Below are positions 60,497-64,000 of a stretch of 64,000 nt of DNA, piece after piece. A model generated the notes under the pieces. That model did not search any database. It had not been told where the DNA came from and saw nothing but the letters and a program-made list of their open reading frames with translations. Location of the stretch: contig NC_019972.1 of the NCBI RefSeq assembly GCF_000328665.1, positions 186,001-250,000 on the forward strand, written 5' to 3'. This stretch comes from Methanomethylovorans hollandica DSM 15978. Its GTDB lineage: Archaea; Halobacteriota; Methanosarcinia; Methanosarcinales; Methanosarcinaceae. Positions within the stretch are counted from its first letter, which is position 1, and each line of letters opens with the position of its first letter. Both the position numbers and the translations under genes were made by a program.

Positions 60497-61883
60497 GTGA
60501 ACTACCACCGGATAAATCCGGTGGCTTCCTGCTCAATAGTAGTATTCTAATAAGTTTCAACAGGCTCTTCCTGCAGTTCCTGCAGTGCTTAAGTTATTCA
60601 ATGCAATTTTCTTGATGTTGATACTTGCATTTATGTCTCTGTCATGTAATGTCTTGCATGAAGGACATTCCCATTCTCTTATGTCAAGAGTAAGGTCATC
60701 CTTCTTGTATCCACAAACATTACACAACTTGGATGATGCTTCAAACCTACCAATTTGTAGAATTGTTTTTCCATACCATTCTGCTTTGTAGGTAAGTTTT
60801 CTGATGAACTCAGACCATCCAACATCACTGATGCTCTGAGCAAGACAATGATTCCTGACCATTCCTTTGACATTCAAGTCCTCAATACAAGTGGCTTGGC
60901 TTTCGCTAATTATCTTCATTGAGAGCTTATGTTGGAAATCATTTCTCTGGTTTTGAATCAACTGATGATGTTTTGCTAATTTCAATACTGCTTTTTTTCT
61001 ATTCCTTGAACCTTTTTTCATCCTGCTTACATCTCTTTGTAGTTTTTTCAGTCTGTCAAGAGAAGTATTCAGGAACCTTGGATTATCAATTATTTCACCG
61101 GTTGAAAGAGCAGCAAACGATTTGAGACCTACATCAATACCAACCGTTGTCTTCTCATCAAATTCAACGGGTTCTGGTTCAGGAACATGGTTATCTATCA
61201 GGATGCTTACATGATACCTTCCAGCTGATGTTCTGGAAACAGTTAATGTCTTGAAGATATCGAATTTCCGATTCAATTTCTGGTCAAGGATAATTTCTCC
61301 ATTGACTTCTTTTGTGACAAGCTCATTCTCAATGAATTCTTTGTCTAAGAAATCCCTATGAAGAACTATCTTCATCCAACCGATTTTAGGCAGATATATC
61401 TTTGATGTAGTTAGATTGATCTGGTAGTTTTGAGGAACCTGAAAAGAGAAGTTCTGGTCTTTCTTATTCTTCCTGGTAGGATATGCTCCATTCCCTTCAA
61501 AGAAGTTCTTGAATCCGGTTAATAGGTTCTTGTTAGCTTGTTGTAAGGATTGTGAGTTCTGGTCCTTCAACCATGGATGGAGTTCCTTGAGTAATTTCAG
61601 GTTGTTGTTCAGGTCAATTTCAGTAACGTTAATTTTGAACTTAGAATACATAAGGTTCTTAATGAAAAGTGATCGGTTGTAGATGAATCGGGTTCCTCCA
61701 AAGTGTTGTTCTAACAAAGTCTTTTGTTCTTTGTTAGGATAGATTCGATATCTATAACTTTTTTTCATTGTAATCACTATTCAAAATAGTTAGTTTGATA
61801 GAATGTTGTATGTTTGCATAGAATATATGCCTTTTTTGTTGTGGACGCAATTCATCCACCGGTTAAAACCGGTGGTCTTCTTG
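60497..61883 (-). mobile_element. IS200/IS605-family tnpB-only element, copy 3 (different subfamily)
   Basis: Left end CAAGAAG-ACCACCGGTTTTAACCGGTGG; right end GAAG-CCACCGGATTTATCCGGTGG-TAGTTCAC. Confidence 0.88.
60557..61777 (-). CDS. tnpB: RNA-guided endonuclease TnpB (IS605 OrfB with N-terminal HTH)
   Basis: YRYRIYPNKEQ, GIDVGL, IEDL, SSKLC..CG, W.CP.C and HDRDINA. Confidence 0.95.
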   Translation of the reverse strand: MITMKKSYRYRIYPNKEQKTLLEQHFGGTRFIYNRSLFIKNLMYSKFKINVTEIDLNNNLKLLKELHPWLKDQNSQSLQQANKNLLTGFKNFFEGNGAYPTRKNKKDQNFSFQVPQNYQINLTTSKIYLPKIGWMKIVLHRDFLDKEFIENELVTKEVNGEIILDQKLNRKFDIFKTLTVSRTSAGRYHVSILIDNHVPEPEPVEFDEKTTVGIDVGLKSFAALSTGEIIDNPRFLNTSLDRLKKLQRDVSRMKKGSRNRKKAVLKLAKHHQLIQNQRNDFQHKLSMKIISESQATCIEDLNVKGMVRNHCLAQSISDVGWSEFIRKLTYKAEWYGKTILQIGRFEASSKLCNVCGYKKDDLTLDIREWECPSCKTLHDRDINASINIKKIALNNLSTAGTAGRAC

Positions 61884-62050
61884 CTCCTTAATGATAAAGT
61901 AAGAAGGTTCTACTTCACCTCCAACGATGAATATTTGCTCGGTCATAATTAGTAGTTGTTTTTAACGATATTCAATATTAACTATTGTTATAATCGTTAA
62001 ATTCAAATATAGTTGGATTTGACGAAAGGGTATTTGTCTTGTTGGTAGAG

Positions 62051-62079
62051 CTCGCCATCAGATTTAGCGAGCTTTTTTT
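62051..62079 (+). terminator. Hairpin followed by T-tract (possible terminator)
   Basis: (G)CTCGC-CATCAGATTTA-GCGAGC-TTTTTTT. Confidence 0.35.
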
Positions 62080-62227
62080 ACTACCTTCATTTCTGACGTT
62101 TTTAGCGCAAAATTAAGAATTCAGTCTGATCGTTATGCTATCGATTATTTTGGGATTGCACCTCCTATATGATGATCTTTAGGATGTATGCGTTTTTTTG
62201 TATTGATTATTGTGTGGAATATCCTAA

Positions 62228-62261
62228 GTGAACCTCTCCGGCCTGAAGACCGGGGACTGCG
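62228..62261 (-). mobile_element. Isolated IS200/IS605 right-end-like hairpin remnant
   Basis: Minus strand reads CGCAG-TCCCCGGTCTTCAGGCCGGAGA-GGTTCAC. Confidence 0.6.
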
Positions 62262-62351
62262 TATCGTGATTTAGTTCAATTTAGTGTCCGAAATGCTCAA
62301 GAAGTCCACTAAAACTGTTTACTGACATTTTGTTCACCTGTCTATGTTTCT

Positions 62352-63248
62352 TTACACTGGAACTTGACTGAAATTAGTAACTGGCTCAACAAATGCAGGC
62401 ATTTTTCTGGTGATTAGTTTTTTTACTTGAAGTGAATGAAGGATTGCTTCAATCTCAGTTTGCCCAATTTCCATTTCTTTCATTATTGAAGCTACACTTA
62501 CGATTTTACCATTTCCTTTTTCACAAATGAGTTCGAGAGCATAGTTTTCCTGTTCTGTCAGGCCATTATCAAGAACTGCTAGTTTTGATGAACTATGAAT
62601 TGATTCAGGGTTTTGTGAGCTGGTACTCTGTGTCTGTTCCTGCTGTGAAGCTGTGATTGGTATTTTGGGTGGTATGGTTTCTGATGATTTTGAAGATGGT
62701 AAAGAATTTTCCATAAGGAAATTCTTTACAGTTTCTATTTTTGTAGTGTAGTATGAATCTTCAATACCCTTTGTTTTTATATTCTGTTCTAATTTTGTAA
62801 TTGCTTCCTGTATCCAATAATTACGGGTATCCTTGTCGGATAGGGTAATGAATTCTGGCCGAATGATGGGGATTTTCGTGTTTGGATCATCAGCTGGGGT
62901 GTAGATGTTTACTTTTCCTATGACAGCAACAATTATGTTGTTATTCATATTTGCCTGCAGGAAAGCGGCGGCTTCTGGCTGGTATTGTCCAGCATGAACA
63001 ATGAAATTACCAGTCATATCATTTATCCTTGCTTTCATTGTTATCGCATTGTCTTTTTTACTACTTTCGACTTCGGTGAGGATACCCACTATGAAAACCC
63101 TGTTCAGTTGAGTTCCTGCTTCAGTTTCAATTAAATTCTTTGTTTTTCCGTCTTCAAGTTCTATTATTGAAGATTCTTTTATCCTTGATAGTTCGACTGC
63201 AAGAACTCTTTTCGCTGGTTCTCTTGCGAATTTCTGTATTGATGACAT
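62352..63248 (-). CDS. RPA-associated OB-fold protein (COG3390/RPA32-like) with C-terminal wHTH
   Basis: REPAKRVLAVEL, NRVFIVGILTE, ARINDMTGNF.V.AGQYQPEAA and IRPE. Confidence 0.85.
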   Translation of the reverse strand: MSSIQKFAREPAKRVLAVELSRIKESSIIELEDGKTKNLIETEAGTQLNRVFIVGILTEVESSKKDNAITMKARINDMTGNFIVHAGQYQPEAAAFLQANMNNNIIVAVIGKVNIYTPADDPNTKIPIIRPEFITLSDKDTRNYWIQEAITKLEQNIKTKGIEDSYYTTKIETVKNFLMENSLPSSKSSETIPPKIPITASQQEQTQSTSSQNPESIHSSSKLAVLDNGLTEQENYALELICEKGNGKIVSVASIMKEMEIGQTEIEAILHSLQVKKLITRKMPAFVEPVTNFSQVPV

Positions 63249-63262
63249 GTGAATTACTTCCT

Positions 63263-64000
63263 TTATACTTTAAGTGGATTGATCATTTGTCCTGTAAGTG
63301 AGTCGATTCCCTTGACGATCATTAGTTCAGATACTGGAGTTACTTCTACCCTGTAGTATCTTCCAATAATCATTTTTTCAATTTCTTCCATTACAACTTT
63401 CTGGTCTAAGGCATCTGCGGCCATTGCAATTGCTCTATTGAGGTCAATTCCGGTCAGAGTTTCTGTTAGCTCTTTCTGGAGTAGAATGGTGTATGTGTTT
63501 TCTCCATCATCTAATGTAGCCTTAATTCTTAGATCATAGGTTCCGTCTATTTTTCCATGTTCTGAACAGGCACCTTTACTAAGAACTTTTTTGCATGTTG
63601 GGCATCTTTTAATCAGACCACTACCTGAAGATACTGAGACAATTGCACCTTCAATAGATTTAGTAAACGCCTTGGTCTCAATTATTTCATTGAGAATAGT
63701 TGCTTTACTGGATTTATTGAGACTGATTTGTGGCTGGTTGTAGAAAGTTCCTGTGATTACATTTTCAAGCAGATATGATTTTCCTACTTCAAGTGTAAAA
63801 GGAACATTGTTGCTTGAAATGAAGTTGATAGTTCCCGTTTCGTCGCCAATTACACCTCTTTGTTTGTACTTTTCACCATCAGCACCAAGGTTTGTTACTG
63901 CTATTCTTACATTTACCCATTTTTTGGGTGGAATTGAATATATTTCACCAATACTGACATTGTTGGAGCTGGGTGCAGATAGTTCTACATTTTTTTCTGA
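63263..64000 (-). CDS. rpa: Zinc-finger-containing replication protein A (5' end outside the window)
   Basis: Not in the ORF track. Manual translation gives GVIGDETG...GSGLIKRCPTCKKVLSKGACSEHGKIDGTYDLRIKATLDDG...GRYYRV. Confidence 0.88.
   Translation of the reverse strand, partial: SEKNVELSAPSSNNVSIGEIYSIPPKKWVNVRIAVTNLGADGEKYKQRGVIGDETGTINFISSNNVPFTLEVGKSYLLENVITGTFYNQPQISLNKSSKATILNEIIETKAFTKSIEGAIVSVSSGSGLIKRCPTCKKVLSKGACSEHGKIDGTYDLRIKATLDDGENTYTILLQKELTETLTGIDLNRAIAMAADALDQKVVMEEIEKMIIGRYYRVEVTPVSELMIVKGIDSLTGQMINPLKV

Noticed and set aside
175..61125. Numerous 60-190 aa antisense or overlapping ORFs in the track
   Set aside because: They are shadows of longer, motif-bearing genes on the opposite strand or in another frame.
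1..64000. CRISPR array, rRNA or tRNA genes
   Set aside because: No regularly spaced repeats with unique spacers, cloverleafs or long GC-rich structured tracts were seen by eye; tRNAscan-SE and a CRISPR finder would be needed to be sure.
1..64000. Identification as a Borg
   Set aside because: The perfect tandem nucleotide repeat arrays typical of Borgs were not seen, and the cargo looks Methanosarcinaceae-like.

Overview
AT-rich (roughly one-third GC by eye) archaeal DNA with strong Methanosarcinales signatures: two DUF1699 proteins, a DUF1724-HTH regulator, PGF-pre-PGF, PGF-CTERM and NosD surface proteins, a Methanosarcina-type NrdD and HEAT-repeat proteins. It does not read like a normal chromosome. 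Nearly all backbone genes lie on the minus strand. They encode a private replication/repair kit (PolB, PriS-PriL primase, RecJ/GAN-like DHH nuclease, Hel308, three RPA-family proteins, class III RNR, ScpA), an N6-methylase-SNF2 helicase fusion, a dispersed MoxR-AAA / DUF3150-like / vWA-metallopeptidase / SWIM-like module, and many short orphan ORFs. Most plus-strand genes look like acquired cargo or IS elements. The best interpretation is a segment of a very large plasmid or other giant extrachromosomal or integrated element of a Methanosarcinaceae host. Mobile DNA comprises one complete ISL3 with an 8-bp TSD, three tnpB-only IS200/IS605 elements and several 35-50 nt hairpin mini-elements, one nested inside another. 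Of the tnpB elements, one splits an Hsp20-like gene in frame and one has lost its left-end hairpin. PIP-box-like QxxLxxF motifs recur at the termini of both known and unknown proteins. No rRNA, tRNA or CRISPR array was seen. All family calls come from motif recognition by eye, not database searches.
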